Assembly: GCF_006345805.1 (NCBI RefSeq)
Contig: NW_021834293.1
Span: 1-49,600, forward strand
Reading direction: 5' to 3'
Source: Octopus sinensis
Taxonomy: Eukaryota
DNA: 49,600 nt
The stretch's first letter is position 1. Each line of letters starts with the position of its first letter. Positions 1-13,952 of the stretch are shown piece after piece. Below the pieces are notes generated by a model. It worked only from the letters and a program-made list of their open reading frames with translations. It searched no databases and was not told the origin of the DNA. Position numbers and translations under genes: made by a program.

Positions 1-174
1 TTACATAGTTGCAGACCAGATTTTGTGTGTATATGTTGTGTGTGTGTGTGGAGATATCTATTGGTATGTGTATAATTAAATGGATACCTTGGATTTAACC
101 GAAGTATCCAATTAAATAGTAGCGATGCTACTTCAATGAGCTACAGAGGTGTGAAGAATTACCATCCTTCTGTG

Positions 175-277
175 TATGTATGTATGTATGTATGTATGTA
201 TGTATGTATGTATGTATGTATGTATGTATGTGTGTGTATGTATGTATGTGTGTGTGTATGTATGTATGTATGTATGC

Positions 278-355
<78 letters not shown>
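175..355. repeat. Compound (TGTA)n/(TCTA)n microsatellite
   Basis: Directly visible tetranucleotide arrays; they explain ORFs 136-619. Confidence 0.95.
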
Positions 356-594
356 GTGTCTTTCTATTTCTCAACCTTTATTCCCCTGTTCCTCGCCATT
401 CCTTTCTCTAAGTCCAGCTTAAATATCACCACTCGAACAATTCACCCTGCATTCCAGATTTTACTCTCCCTCTCACACCTTCTGTCTTTCCTCTCCCCCA
501 TGTCTCAATGGTGTACACAGCCCTTCACATACGAGAAAAAAAAACAGGAAAGAAAATACGGAAAGAAAAATCCCGAAACCCGAATCATACATCA

Positions 595-725
595 CCATTT
601 CGGCCATGTTCGTCTATAAAAATGGCGGCGGCCGTCAGCACCGTCTCATTTCTCGCCCCATTTTAGCATTTTCTGCCATTTTGACTTCGTCGCTCTAATC
701 TGCTGCCACTCGTTTCCACCATTTT
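595..725. promoter_or_regulatory. Cluster of YY1/Pho-like motifs, possible promoter or regulatory patch
   Basis: AAAATGGCGGC at 619-629 overlapping TATAAAAA (615-622), plus five further CCAT cores (595, 604, 658, 676, 719), including GCCATTTT at 675-682, in CpG-retaining sequence. Motif evidence only. Confidence 0.3.
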
Positions 726-1064
726 ATGCATCGTTGACTCTACTTCCTTTTACACCGATTCCAACTCAGCTCTAACTGCCTCACTACACATCATCAGGCT
801 CAGCTTACAACAACAACGGCTGCAATAAAAGTAACAAGAACAAACTCAACGGCAGAAACACCAGTCCTGGCATCGCCACCAGCGTCGTCAGCATTGTTAG
901 CAGCAGCAGCACCACCACCACCACCAGCCACGCCGTCAGCACTGTCGCCAGGCCACCACCGTCAGCGCACACCGGCACCAATACGACTATAATTAGCAGC
1001 ACTAATTCTACATCCAAACCACCGACATACACCATCACATCGATTAATGCCACCCATGATGCTA

Positions 1065-1990
1065 CTGATGTTGTTGCTGTGGTTGCTGTTACTGTTGCTG
1101 CTGCTGCTGTTGCTTTTGTTGCTGTTGTTGTTGTTGTTGTTGTTGTTACTGCTGTTGTTGTTGTTATTGTTGTTGTTGTTGCTGCTGTTTCTGCCTTATT
1201 ACGCTTGTCATTACACAGTATCGATGCCATAACGGTTGTTATCGTCACCATCACCATGGTTGCGCATGACGATGGCGATGATTATGACGACGATGATGAG
1301 GAAGATATCGATGATGATGAAGATGTTGATGATGACGATGACGATGATGATATTTTCATCATCATCATCATTGCCATATTTGTCGTCAACGTCATCGCCG
1401 CCGTCGTCGTCATCATCATCATCCTTATCATCAACATCCTTATCATCAACACCATCATCATCATTATCATCATCATCATCATCATCATCATTATCATCAT
1501 CATAATCATCATCATCATTATCATCATCATCATCATTAACATCATCATCATCATCATCCTTATCATCAACATCATCATCATCATCATCATCGTCATCATC
1601 ATCATCGTCATCATCGTCATCATCATCATCATCAACATCATCACCATCATCATCAGCGTCATCATCATCGTCATCATCGTCATCATCATCATCATCATCG
1701 TCATCATCATCATCATCATCATCATCGTCATCATCATCATCATCGTCATCATCATCATCATCGTCATCATCATCATCATCATCATCATCATTAACATCAT
1801 CATCATCATCATCATCATCGTCATCATCATCATCATTGCCATCACTCATTTTGTCCTTGTTGCCGTCATCACTCATCTTCATCCTTCTCCTCGTCACCAT
1901 TGTCGTTATAATCATCATCGTCGCCGTCTTCATCATCATCATAGTTATCACTATCATTTTCCTCCTCCTCCTCCTCCTCCTCTCCTCCTC
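1065..1990. repeat. Compound trinucleotide array (TGY)n, (GAT/GAC)n, (CAT/CGT)n, (CCT)n
   Basis: Directly visible; source of the poly-V/D/I/M/S ORFs. Confidence 0.95.
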
Positions 1991-2377
1991 CACCACATCA
2001 TCATCAACATTACCAAGTCCGCTATTTCAGTTCGCCATTTTCTTTAGGGTTCCGTTCTCTTCTTCTTTTATGATTAAAATAATCAAATGTTTTTCATTCA
2101 CTCACTCTATCCCCCACCTTCTCTCCCATTGCCTCTCTTTCACTCTCACACTCTTTTATTCACTCTTACTATCTCTCTATTCTCTGTCCCTCTTTCTCTT
2201 TCTCTCTCTCTCTCTCTCTTAATCTTTCAGTCTACATAGCACAACCACCACCACCACCACCACCACCACCACCACCACCACCACCGCCGCTCTCACCACC
2301 ACTACTACTGCTACAACTACTAATCTACCAATACTACTTCTGCTACTACTAATAATAATCATAGTAACGGTTTTAAA

Positions 2378-2588
2378 TCCTCGCGCAAGGCCAGCAATGT
2401 CAAAGGGTTGGTGTGAGGGGGAGGATGAGTCGATTGCATCGACCCCAGTGTTCAACTGGTGCTTATTTTATTGATCCCGAAAGGATGAAAGGCAAAGTCA
2501 ATCTCGACGGAATATTGAATTCAAAATGTAATGATGGACGAAATACCTCTAAGAATATTGCTCCTTGTCCTAACGATTAATTTGCCTT
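2378..2588 (-). mobile_element. tRNA-headed SINE family B, degraded
   Basis: Matches the core repeated throughout the window (gtcgattacatcgaccccagt...atcgaccccgaaaggatgaaaggcaaagtcgacctcggcggaatttgaactcagaacgt). On the minus strand this gives B-box GAGTTCAAATTCC. The central domain resembles the Meta-SINE domain (recalled). Confidence 0.8.
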
Positions 2589-2601
2589 TATAAGAAAAAT
2601 C

Positions 2602-2812
2602 CTCTCTGATAAAGTCACAAAGGCCTGAAATTTTGGGGGAGGGGGACTAGTCGATTATTGACCCCAGAGTCTCACTGATACTTAATCTATCGACCCCGAA
2701 AGGGTGACAGTCAAAGTCGACCTCGGTGGAATTTGAACTCAGAACGTAGCAACACACGAAACACCGCTAGGCATTTCGCCCGTCCTGCTAACGATTCTGC
2801 CAGCACGCTTCC

Positions 2813-2813
<1 letters not shown>
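2602..2813 (-). mobile_element. tRNA-headed SINE family B, near full length
   Basis: Same core, from the tail (cacaaaggcctgaaattttggggg) to the head (ctgccagcacgcttcct). Confidence 0.9.
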
Positions 2814-2848
<35 letters not shown>

Positions 2849-3038
2849 TTAATAATAATAATAATAAATAATAATAATGATGATGATGATGATGATGATG
2901 AGGTTGATGATGCTGATGATGATGATAATAATAATAATAAAAATGATGATGAGGATGATGATGATGATGATAATAATAATAATAATAATAATAATGATAA
3001 TAATAATAATAATGATGATGATGATGATGATGATGATG

Positions 3039-3074
<36 letters not shown>

Positions 3075-3163
3075 GTGATGATGATGATGATGATAATAAT
3101 AATAATAATAACAATAATAATAATAATAATAATGATAATAATAATAATGATAATAATGATGAT
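2814..3163. repeat. (AAT)n/(GAT)n trinucleotide array
   Basis: Directly visible. Confidence 0.95.
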
Positions 3164-3164
3164 A

Positions 3165-3570
3165 AAGCACTTTACAAGGCATTGAGAATGAATGAAATGA
3201 AAATAGGGGGATAAAGAAAAGGGTGCATGGACAATTTCATAGGGATGTTGAAGATAATACAGACAGAGAAAAAAGATGGCTGCGGATGAATAGCAGTCAT
3301 TTAAAACCGGAAACGGAGGGTGTAATCTGTGCTGCCCAAGAGCAAGCATTATGAACCAATTACATCAAATGCAGTATACGCAACACACCAGAAAGTGATA
3401 AGTGCAGAATTTGTTGACAAAATGCTGAAACTGTATGGCATATTACCAGCCAATGTACGCCACTAGCCCAGAAGGAATATAAGAGACGCCACGACAATAT
3501 AGTAAGTATTCTCTATTGGACACTTTGCAACGAGTATGGACTTCAATATTGTCAAATGATGGTGAGGGAC
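3165..3570 (+). mobile_element. R4/Dong-like (RLE-clade) non-LTR retrotransposon fragment, CCHC region
   Basis: One frame from 3223 reads VHGQFHRDVEDNTDREKRWLRMNSSHLKPETEGVICAAQEQAL*TNYIKCSIRNTPESDKCRIC*QNAETVWHITSQCTPLAQKEYKRRHDNIVSILYWTLCNEYG. It contains the HGQF, LKxETE-I-AAQ(D/E)QAL, CRxC-ETV-HI-S-C and Y-RHD motifs; two in-frame stops. Confidence 0.85.
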
Positions 3571-3604
3571 AAACGAAGGTACAGAAACATATACTCACAC
3601 ATAT

Positions 3605-3970
3605 ACTCTTTTACTCTTTTACTTGTTTCAGTCGTTTGACTGTGGCCATGCTGGAGCACCGCCTTTAGTTGAGCAAATCGACACCAGACTTATTCTTTGG
3701 AAGCCTAGTACTTATTCTATCGTTCCCTTTTGCCGAACCGCAAAGTTACGGTGACGTAAACACACCAGCATTGGTTGTCAAGCAATGTTGGGGGGGGGGA
3801 CAGACACACAAACATATACACACACACATACATATATATTCATATATACGGCGGGCTTCTTTCAGTTTCCGTCTACCAAATCCACTCAGAAGGCTTTGGT
3901 CGGCCTGAGGCTTAAGCAGAAGACACTTGACCAAGGTGCCACGCAGTGGGACCGAACCCGAAACCATGGT
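3605..3970 (-). mobile_element. tRNA-headed SINE family A, head truncated
   Basis: Reverse complement of the full copy at 35038-35451; internal microsatellite and (AAAAGAGT)n-type tail. Confidence 0.9.
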
Positions 3971-3994
3971 ATATATATACATACATATATACAT

Positions 3995-4077
<83 letters not shown>

Positions 4078-4128
4078 CACATGTATGCATGCATGTATAA
4101 TGTTATATATATATATATATATATTATA

Positions 4129-4306
4129 CCACGGGCTTCTTTCAGTTTTCGTTACCAAATCCACTCACACGGCTTTGGCTGGCCCGAGGCTATAGTAGAA
4201 GACACTTGCCCAGGTGTCAGCAGTGGGGTAAATATACATAGTGAGACTGAACCCGGAAGTATATGGTTGAGAAACAAGCTTCTTACCACGTAGCCATCCC
4301 TGCGCC
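4129..4306 (-). mobile_element. SINE family A, 5' half
   Basis: Head (ttaccacgtagccatccctgcgcct) and central ggcttctttcagtttt...gaagacacttgccc block. Confidence 0.85.
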
Positions 4307-4544
4307 TACGATAATGTAGTCGTAGTTACAATGTAATTGCTTAGATGTTGGAGACCTAGGGCTGAACAAGAACAACAACTAGTATTACTGCTACTATTAC
4401 CACCTTTGTTGTTACGCACTTCATTAAATGCACCACCGCCATGGCCACCATTAGCAACAGCGGTTGCAGTCCATCATTATCATCGTCCCCCATCATTCCC
4501 GCCGTCTCTCTTCTTTCGCTACCATAACAGCCACCGCTACCTGG

Positions 4545-4660
4545 TATCATCATCAACATCGTCGTCATCATCATCATCATCATCATCATCATCGTCGTCA
4601 ACATCGTCATCATCATCATCGTCATCATCATCGTCATCATCATCATCGGCATCATCATCG

Positions 4661-4698
<38 letters not shown>

Positions 4699-4861
4699 GT
4701 CGTCAACATCGTCATCATCATCATCGGCATCATCATCGTCATCATCATCATCATCATCATTATCGTCAACATCGTCATCATCATCTTCATCGTCGTCATC
4801 ATCGTCATCATCATCATCATCATCATCATCGTCGTCAACATCGTCATCGTCAACATCGTCG

Positions 4862-4899
<38 letters not shown>

Positions 4900-4925
4900 T
4901 TCGTCATCATCATCATCATCATCAT
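4545..4925. repeat. (TCA/TCG)n trinucleotide array
   Basis: Directly visible; the variant gtcaacatcgtc recurs several times. Confidence 0.95.
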
Positions 4926-5412
4926 TCTGTTCATCAAAAGAAAAGTCCGGAATGTCACAGCTGGAACAGCTTTTGATCGTGTGTCTGCTGGATCACGACT
5001 AATCTGGGCTTTAAGGAGAAGGAGGAGGGGAAGAAGAAGAAGGGGGAGAAGAAGAAGAAGAAGAGGAAGAAGAAGAAGAAGAACAACAACAACAACAGCA
5101 GCAGCAACAACAACAACAGCATCAACAACGGTATTAGCAATGTCATTGAATGATATTAGTGTCTCTATTTTTAAATTGCTCGTTCTCTTTCAATTTCATT
5201 TTTTAAAAAAAAATTTCCTTGTTTTCTCTTTTATTTCTTCAAGCAAGACACATGTACAGACAGACACAAACACATACGCAGACACAGGCAAACATACACG
5301 CCTACTATAAGACACATACACGAATAAACACAAAATTGCTAAACGCCTCTAGTCACACATGCAAATATGGCGGAGGTCGAAATACATTGGAGCCAAAGCA
5401 GAATACGATTAC

Positions 5413-5454
<42 letters not shown>

Positions 5455-5461
<7 letters not shown>

Positions 5462-5670
5462 TGTTTGTGTTTATCCTCACCTACAGCTTGACAACCGCTG
5501 TTGGTGTGTTTATGTCCTGCAACTTAGCGGTTCGGCAAAAGATCGATAAATTATGTATCAGACTTAAAAAACAAAAGGAAGCACTGGGGTCATTTTATTC
5601 GACTAAAAACCCTTCGAGATGAAACCCAAGTGTGGGCGCAGTCTAATACGTGAAATAAGTAAAAGAAAAC
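5455..5670 (+). mobile_element. SINE family A, degraded 3' half
   Basis: gcttgacaaccgctgttggtgtgtttatgtcc...cttagcggttcggcaaaaga...aagtaaaaga matches 35265-35440. Confidence 0.75.
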
Positions 5671-6162
5671 AAAACGTGATCGCTCGACCTCCTTGAAATA
5701 GCAGCCAATTTACCTGAATCCTTATTTAGCTGTCTTGAAAATTTACATTTCATGGAGCGCTTTTGAAAATTTGTCAGGCTTGATTTGTAGAGGAAACGTA
5801 AATAACGATGACTCTTCGAGCAACTCAAGAACTTTATGGTACTTCGTTCCATACATCCCACGCAATATGTACAGAGTGAAAGAGAGAGAGAGAGACAGAC
5901 AGACACAGAGAGAGAGAGACAGAGTGAAAGAGATAGATAGATAGGTAGACAGACAGACAGACAGAACGGCAGACAAACAGGCAGACAGACAGACAGACAG
6001 ATAGATACAGAGAGAGATGTGGTGAGGGATATAGAAGGAGGGAGAGACGACGAAGGGAATAGATGGAGGGAGAGAGAGGGAGAGAGCGAGAGAAGGATAG
6101 ACAGAGAGAGGGAGAGAGAAACTGGTAGGTAGATAGATGTATAGATAGATAAATAGATATAT

Positions 6163-6236
<74 letters not shown>

Positions 6237-6915
6237 TGATCCATCAAAACATGCGATCCTTCCACCCATCCATCCATACATATTTACGCACATATACACA
6301 TATATACATAGATGAGCGTATGATATTTAAATATATCCAACATTTGAATATATAAATATACACGAATATCCATCAATTTGGAAAGAATGTCGCACGTAAT
6401 CCAAACAGACAGTCAGACAGACAGAGTGTTTGAGAGAGCGAGAGACATTGACAGGCAGAGAGACACAGAGACAGAGAGAAAGAGGGGGAGAGGAAAGGAA
6501 AGAAGCATGCGCATGCGTACTTAGCAGAACTCACAATCTCTTTATTGTCCAATTTAGAAAATCCAGTTTACGAATAATCCACGATATTCACAATTGCGTA
6601 AAGATTCCAGCTCCATATCAGTTCTTCAACTGATCCGTTGGAGTTCTTTAACTGTCGGAGCATGCTCCTGGGTTTAAAGGCACGGAGACGTCTTTTAGAA
6701 CAATGCGATCCATTCATAAGTCGATTTTTTAATTAACTACGACGCCAACGAGTTCAGGTATCGCACGCGCGTGTGCGTGTGTCGGGTAATATGATGCAAG
6801 GACATATATAAGTATATATACATGTATATATTTATAATTATATATATATATGTATACACACATACACAAACACACACACACACACACACATACACACACA
6901 CACACACACACACAT

Positions 6916-6950
<35 letters not shown>

Positions 6951-6951
<1 letters not shown>

Positions 6952-7939
6952 TGGGTTGCCCGGAAAGTTCGTGCTTACCTTTCGACTTATTTTAGAACAT
7001 GGTTAAGTCCATAAAATAGGATTTGACTGCACCTTCATTTAGAGCAGTTTAAACTATCTTTTCGTGGAAAAAGGTTTATGTTCCTATAAGCTGTGTTAAT
7101 TCTGTAACCCTTTAAAATGGAAGATAAGAAAGTTCATTTTCGGTACCTGATAAAGCTTGGATACACAAATCGCTATGATGTTTGGGTACCACATGAGTTG
7201 AGTGAGAATAACTTTTGGGATCACATTTCCATCTGTGATTCGCTTTATATACGGAATGAAAACACGCGTTTTTAAAGCAAATTGTGACAGGTGATGAGAA
7301 ATGGATTATCTACCGAAATGTTCCGAGAAAGCGATCCTAGTATAAGCGACATGAGCAACCCTTAGCCACCCCAGAAGCGGGTCTTCACCCTAAAAAAATA
7401 TTGCTTTGTGTCTGGTGGGATTGGAAAGGAATTCTGTACTATGAGTTTCTCCCAAGTAACCAGACAATTAATTCTGAGAAATTCTGCATACAACTGAACA
7501 AGTTAAAAGCAGCAATTCAAGAGTAACGATTAGAATTGGCCAACAGGAAGGGTGTTTTCCAGCATGATAATGCAAGACTGCACGTTTCTTTGGGAACCAG
7601 ACAAAAATTGCTGCAGTTCGGCTGGGATGTGTTACCCCACCCTCCATATTCACCATATATTGCTCCTTCGGATTTCCATTTATTAAGGTCTCTGCAGAAT
7701 AGTCTTAATGGTAAAAATTTCAATTCCTTGGACGACGTAAAAAGATACCTTGATGAATTCTTTGCCATGAAACCACCTCAATTCTGGGAAGAAAGTTTTT
7801 TCAAGTTAAAGGAAAGATGGAGAGACGCATTGTGCACACAAAATGGTTCATATTTGGTTGATTAAAAATGTAATGGCAAGTATTTATTGACCTTTTTCTT
7901 TCCTTTAAAAATCGGCACGAAATTTGCGGACAAAACCCA
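6951..7939 (+). mobile_element. Mariner (DD34D) element, internally deleted
   Basis: TIR-like ends ttgggttgcccggaaagttcgtgc and gcacgaaatttgcggacaaaaccca within TA runs. WVPHEL, TGDEKW, HDNARLH and YSPYIAPSD motifs; frameshifts and stops. Homologous to 42930-44351 but lacks about 280 bp of the N-terminal coding region. Confidence 0.95.
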
Positions 7940-7969
7940 TATATATATACATATATATATATATATTAT

Positions 7970-8004
<35 letters not shown>

Positions 8005-8012
8005 AATATATA

Positions 8013-8061
<49 letters not shown>

Positions 8062-8063
<2 letters not shown>

Positions 8064-8320
8064 TAAGTATAATTAGGGTTCAGCTAATTGCTTCACCACA
8101 TACCGAATTTTAAAATAGGAGTTAAATTTCCTTTTCTGCTCCTATAAGAATCTCCATGACGGTAACGTACTTTTTTACGAAGGCAAAGAGAAAAAGAATG
8201 AATCAACACGACCAGGATTAACTATATACGCGTTTCGAGATTAAAGTGATTTTTAATTTTACTTACTTCTCTCTTCAGTATAGTATTTTCAATTATAAAA
8301 CTTGAAAGTGCTAGGGTTAA
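8062..8320 (-). mobile_element. Short hammerhead-bearing element (Penelope pLTR-tail-like)
   Basis: Contains the hammerhead at 8222-8283 and ends against the (TA)n run at 7940-8060. Its terminal ~90 bp are homologous to the arms of 34053-34455. Confidence 0.55.
8222..8283 (-). ncRNA. Minimal type I hammerhead ribozyme motif
   Basis: Minus strand: CUAUA-CUGAAGA-GAGA(27 nt)UCUC-GAAA-CGCG-UA-UAUAG. 5-bp stem I, canonical core, G-C-closed stem II, palindromic stem III (ACGCGU), GUA triplet. Confidence 0.8.
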
Positions 8321-9684
8321 ATATGCATGGCCTCAGTCACATGACTGAAACAAGTAAAAGAGTAAAAGAGAGTAATGAGTATATCCATGTTTGTGCGAGT
8401 GTGTATGTATTTATAATTGTATGTATAGTTCTTGCCAATATTTTATGAACATTTGAGGGAACGTGGAAAATTTTTTGGGAGAACTGGATCTCGAAGCACA
8501 TACATACTATAAATAATATCAAGTATGTTGGGGGTTGTATACTTGCATACATACCTTCACATAAATAAACTCGTGTATATCTATAAACAAAAACCACATA
8601 TATTTAAATATATATAATTTCACGTATATATACATACATTCTTACCTACCTACATACATACACTTATAAATACACATAAACGCACCTTTACATACACATA
8701 ACTACCTACTTATCTATATACATACATGCATACAAACGCGCGCACACACACACACACAAAAGTGCATACTTATAAACATATGGATGTACATACATGCCAA
8801 AAGAACTTTAAAAAAATCTGTTTCTTAAAATGAACTCTGGCGTAATTAAAATGGTTTTATTCGCAAGCTATTTTCAAAATTACTTTCATAGTTGGAGAAT
8901 CTGGTGTGTAAAATATGGCGAAAATAACAAACTTTGCAATGAGTGTTGACGGCAACAATATTTTCAAAAGGTTGTTAATTTTGTTTAACAAATTAAAATA
9001 TATATGTTAAAAACATAAGTGAAATAAGAACTATCAAAAAATGAATGAATTACTAAATAAAATTGGAATTAAAAAATTAAAATAAAATTATTTTTGAAAT
9101 AAAATTTAAAAGGAAATTTTCAATGAAAAAAAATTGATAAATTATTTATATTAGTAAATAAAAAAGATGAATACGTAAAGTGCTGAAGAGAAATAGTAAC
9201 AAAATTCATACTTTAATGCATAAACAAGATATTTAGTTCAATTAAGAAGCAAAATAGCGCAAAATATGTTGATGACAAACAGGTACAAACATACACATAT
9301 ACATATTTAAACATATACATACACATAGATGAATCCAAATGTATGTATCTATGCATGTATATATATATATATGTGTATGTGAGTGTGTGTGTGTGTGTGT
9401 CTATGTATATTTATATATGCATTTATTTTTATATTTTTATGTATGTGTATGCACGTATGTGTGTATGATGTATGTGCATATACATATATCTATGGATAGA
9501 TAGACTGGTAAATATACAGGGGGATAGATAGATAGATCAGTAAATATATCTATCAATCTATCTGTCTGTCTATCTATCTACCTGTCTATCTATCTATCTA
9601 TATACATATATATATGTATATTTATACACATATACAATGAACATCGTATATAGATGCACGTACGCACAACACACACACAAACTT

Positions 9685-9727
<43 letters not shown>

Positions 9728-10109
9728 CAACATACATACATACACATATATATATATACATATAAATATATATATGTATACACATACGTACATAGATACA
9801 CGCACACACACATGCACACGTACACCCACACACAGTATCACACACCACACGTATATAATGCAGTCTACTCTGACTGAGGGGTGTATACTCCTTCAGCCTT
9901 CAATTACTGGTTTGGCCAGCTGGAGCACCTACAAAACTCGGATTCAGTACAACGAGTAATTCTCTTCGTTGCAATTAATCATCACATTACATGGAGTCAT
10001 TTCTCATTGCATTTGAAACTTTCAACTACTTATTCATTGAAGGACGAACGAGTATGTATGCACATACGTATGTATTTATGTATAACGTAGAGGCGTATGT
10101 ACACACAAA

Positions 10110-10182
10110 GATACATACATACATACATACATACATACATACATACATACATACATACATACATACATACATACATGCATAC

Positions 10183-10213
<31 letters not shown>

Positions 10214-10278
10214 CATACATACACACATACATACATACATACATACATACATACATACATACATACATACATGCATAC

Positions 10279-10309
<31 letters not shown>

Positions 10310-10358
10310 CACACATACATACATACAAACATAGATACATACATACATACATGCATAC

Positions 10359-10389
<31 letters not shown>

Positions 10390-11315
10390 CATACATACAC
10401 ACATACATACATACACATATACATACATACATACATACATACATACATACATACATGCATACTTACATACATACATACATACATACATACACACATACAT
10501 ACATACACACATACATACACACATATATACATACATACATAACACCATACATACACACATACATACATACAACATACATACATACACCTATAACACACAC
10601 ATACATACACACTCTACATACATACATACACATACACATACACAACATACATACATACATACAAACATACATACATACAAACATACATACATACATACAT
10701 ACATCATACCTACATACATACCTACATCATGTCTACATACATCATACATACATTCATACATACATCATACATACATACATACATACATACTTACATACAT
10801 CACACATACATACACACATACATACATACATACAACATACATACAACATACATACATACTACATACATACATACATACATACATACATTTAACATACATA
10901 CACATACATACACACATACATACATACATACATCCTACATACATACCAACATACATACATACATACCTACATACATACATACATACATACACAATACAAA
11001 CATACATACATACATACATACATACATACATACTTACTTACTACAAACTCATACATACATACATACATACATAACATACTTACATACATACTACATACAT
11101 ACATACATACATACATACTACATACATACATCATACATACATACACCATACATACCAACATACATCGTACATACATACATACTTACATACATACATAATA
11201 CATACATACATACATACATACATACAACATACATACATACTACATACATACATACATACATACATACATACTTACATACATACATACATACATACATACG
11301 TACATACATACATAC

Positions 11316-11346
<31 letters not shown>

Positions 11347-11399
11347 CATACATACATACATACATACATACATACATACATACATACATACATACATAC

Positions 11400-11430
<31 letters not shown>

Positions 11431-11595
11431 CACACATACATACACACATACATACACACATGCATACATACATACATACATACATACATACATACATACA
11501 TACATACATACATACAAACATACATACATACATACATACATACATACATACTTACATACATACATACATACATACATACGTACATACATACATAC

Positions 11596-11626
<31 letters not shown>

Positions 11627-11861
11627 CTACATACATACATACAATACAATACAACCATACATACATACATACATACATACATACATACATACATACATAC
11701 TTACATACATACATACATACAATACATACATACATCATACATACATACATACATACATACATACATCATACATACAACTCATACATACAACTACATACAT
11801 ACATACAACATACATACATACTTACATACATACATACATACATACGTACATACATACATAC

Positions 11862-11892
<31 letters not shown>

Positions 11893-12030
11893 CATACTCA
11901 TACATACATACATACATACATACAACTACATACATACATACATACATACTACATACATACATACTTACATAATACATACATACATACATACTACATACAT
12001 ACACACATACATACATACTTACATACATAT
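10110..12030. repeat. ~1.9-kb (TACA)n array with variant units
   Basis: Directly visible; source of the HTYI and MYVC ORFs. Confidence 0.95.
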
Positions 12031-12742
12031 ATATAATTAGAGATACGAAATTAGTTATGTAAATGATTGCATGTACATCAATGTTTCAAAAATTCTCTCT
12101 ATCATTTTTCATTTCACCTTTCTTTGTTAAATATATTTCTATCTAGAAGCACGCACAGACACACACATACTCACACACTCACACCCCCACACACGCACAC
12201 ACACACACATACTCACACACTCACACCCCCACACACTCACACCACTCACACCCCCACACACTCACACACACACACACTCACCCCCACACACTCACATACA
12301 CACTCACACATACACACTCACACAGACACACACACACTCACACACACTCACACACACACACTCACACACACACACACACACTCACACAGACACACACACA
12401 CACGCATCAAGCACGCACACTGGTACGCAAATATTAAATTAGGCCTACACGCACACACACACACACACACTTATATACATATATATATATATATACATAC
12501 ATATATGCACAAGCACACCTCCCCCCACGTACACACACACACAGACATATATATATATATAGATAGATTGATACAAAGACATATGTTTATGTGCATATGC
12601 ATATATCTATATGTCTATAAATATATATATCTATATATATATATATATATTATATATATATATACATATATATATATATGCATGTATCTATATGTATATA
12701 TATTATATTAAATTAGCACATATATATGTATATAGGTTACGC

Positions 12743-12783
<41 letters not shown>

Positions 12784-13248
12784 TACACATGTATAACAGT
12801 TACATAATAGTTTATGCATGCATGTCTATGTGTGTGTGCGTGTATAAAACATTAAGTGATGAAATTAACCATAGCAATATGAACCGTTGAATTTATAACT
12901 TCTTCTTACTTCCACCTTTCATTACTTCATTTTTTCCATTTCTTTCCCTTCTCTCTCTTACTTTCGTCCTCTCTCTATTTCTCTCTCTCAGTCTCCTTCT
13001 TGCTCTTCTTCTCTGTCCCCTCTACCTTCTCTCTTTCCTCTCTTGTTATTACACTTTTATAACGTAATTATTTAATTTCTCTGCTCACAAAATATCTTTC
13101 CAGTTAATTTTGCCTCCAAGTATTTGTCTCTCTCTCTCTCAATATTTTTCTCTCTATGTATATACGTATGTGTGAGTGTGTGTGTGTGTGAGTGTGTTTG
13201 TGTGTGTGTGTCTATTCATATATATATATATATATGTATATATGTGAG

Positions 13249-13279
<31 letters not shown>

Positions 13280-13294
13280 GTATGTTGTATATAT

Positions 13295-13388
<94 letters not shown>

Positions 13389-13811
13389 GTGTGTATGCGT
13401 ATAGATATGTATATATGTATGTATGTACGTATATACATACGAGATATATTTCCTTTTTGTCGAGTAAAATTTATTTACTGCCGATATGATACTTTCATGA
13501 AAGATGTTAATTGTAAATGTTACCTGTGACATACAATCACCTCTCCTTTCACACACACACACACACACTCAAACACATACGCACGCATACATATATACAT
13601 ACACACACACACACGCATTGATAGCTAAAAGCATCTTAGCATATAAATACACGCGTACATGAAAAATGCTTGCACATCTGCCACTCCATCTATCCATCTT
13701 TATATCTGTCTGTCTGTCTATATATATTACCTGCGTATCTGTCTGTCTGCCAATCTATCTATCCATCTATCTATCCATCCATCCATCCATCCATCCATCC
13801 AGCAAGCCATA

Positions 13812-13952
<141 letters not shown>

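Noticed and set aside
776-2047. Long stop-free frame (S/T-rich, poly-V, poly-D, poly-I) including ORF 1079-2047
   Set aside because: Built from trinucleotide microsatellites open in several frames on both strands; no start context, domain or splice evidence.
5743-5976. Non-repetitive-looking peptide YILRGMYGTKYHKVLELLEESSLF
   Set aside because: No recognisable domain or convincing splice acceptor; stops follow shortly.
6540-6720. Possible minus-strand exon ending at a GTGAGT donor
   Set aside because: All three frames contain stops upstream of the donor.
9991-12036. HTYI and MYVC ORFs up to 435 aa
   Set aside because: Translations of (TACA)n; the same applies to the YI, CV, SIYL and HT ORFs elsewhere.
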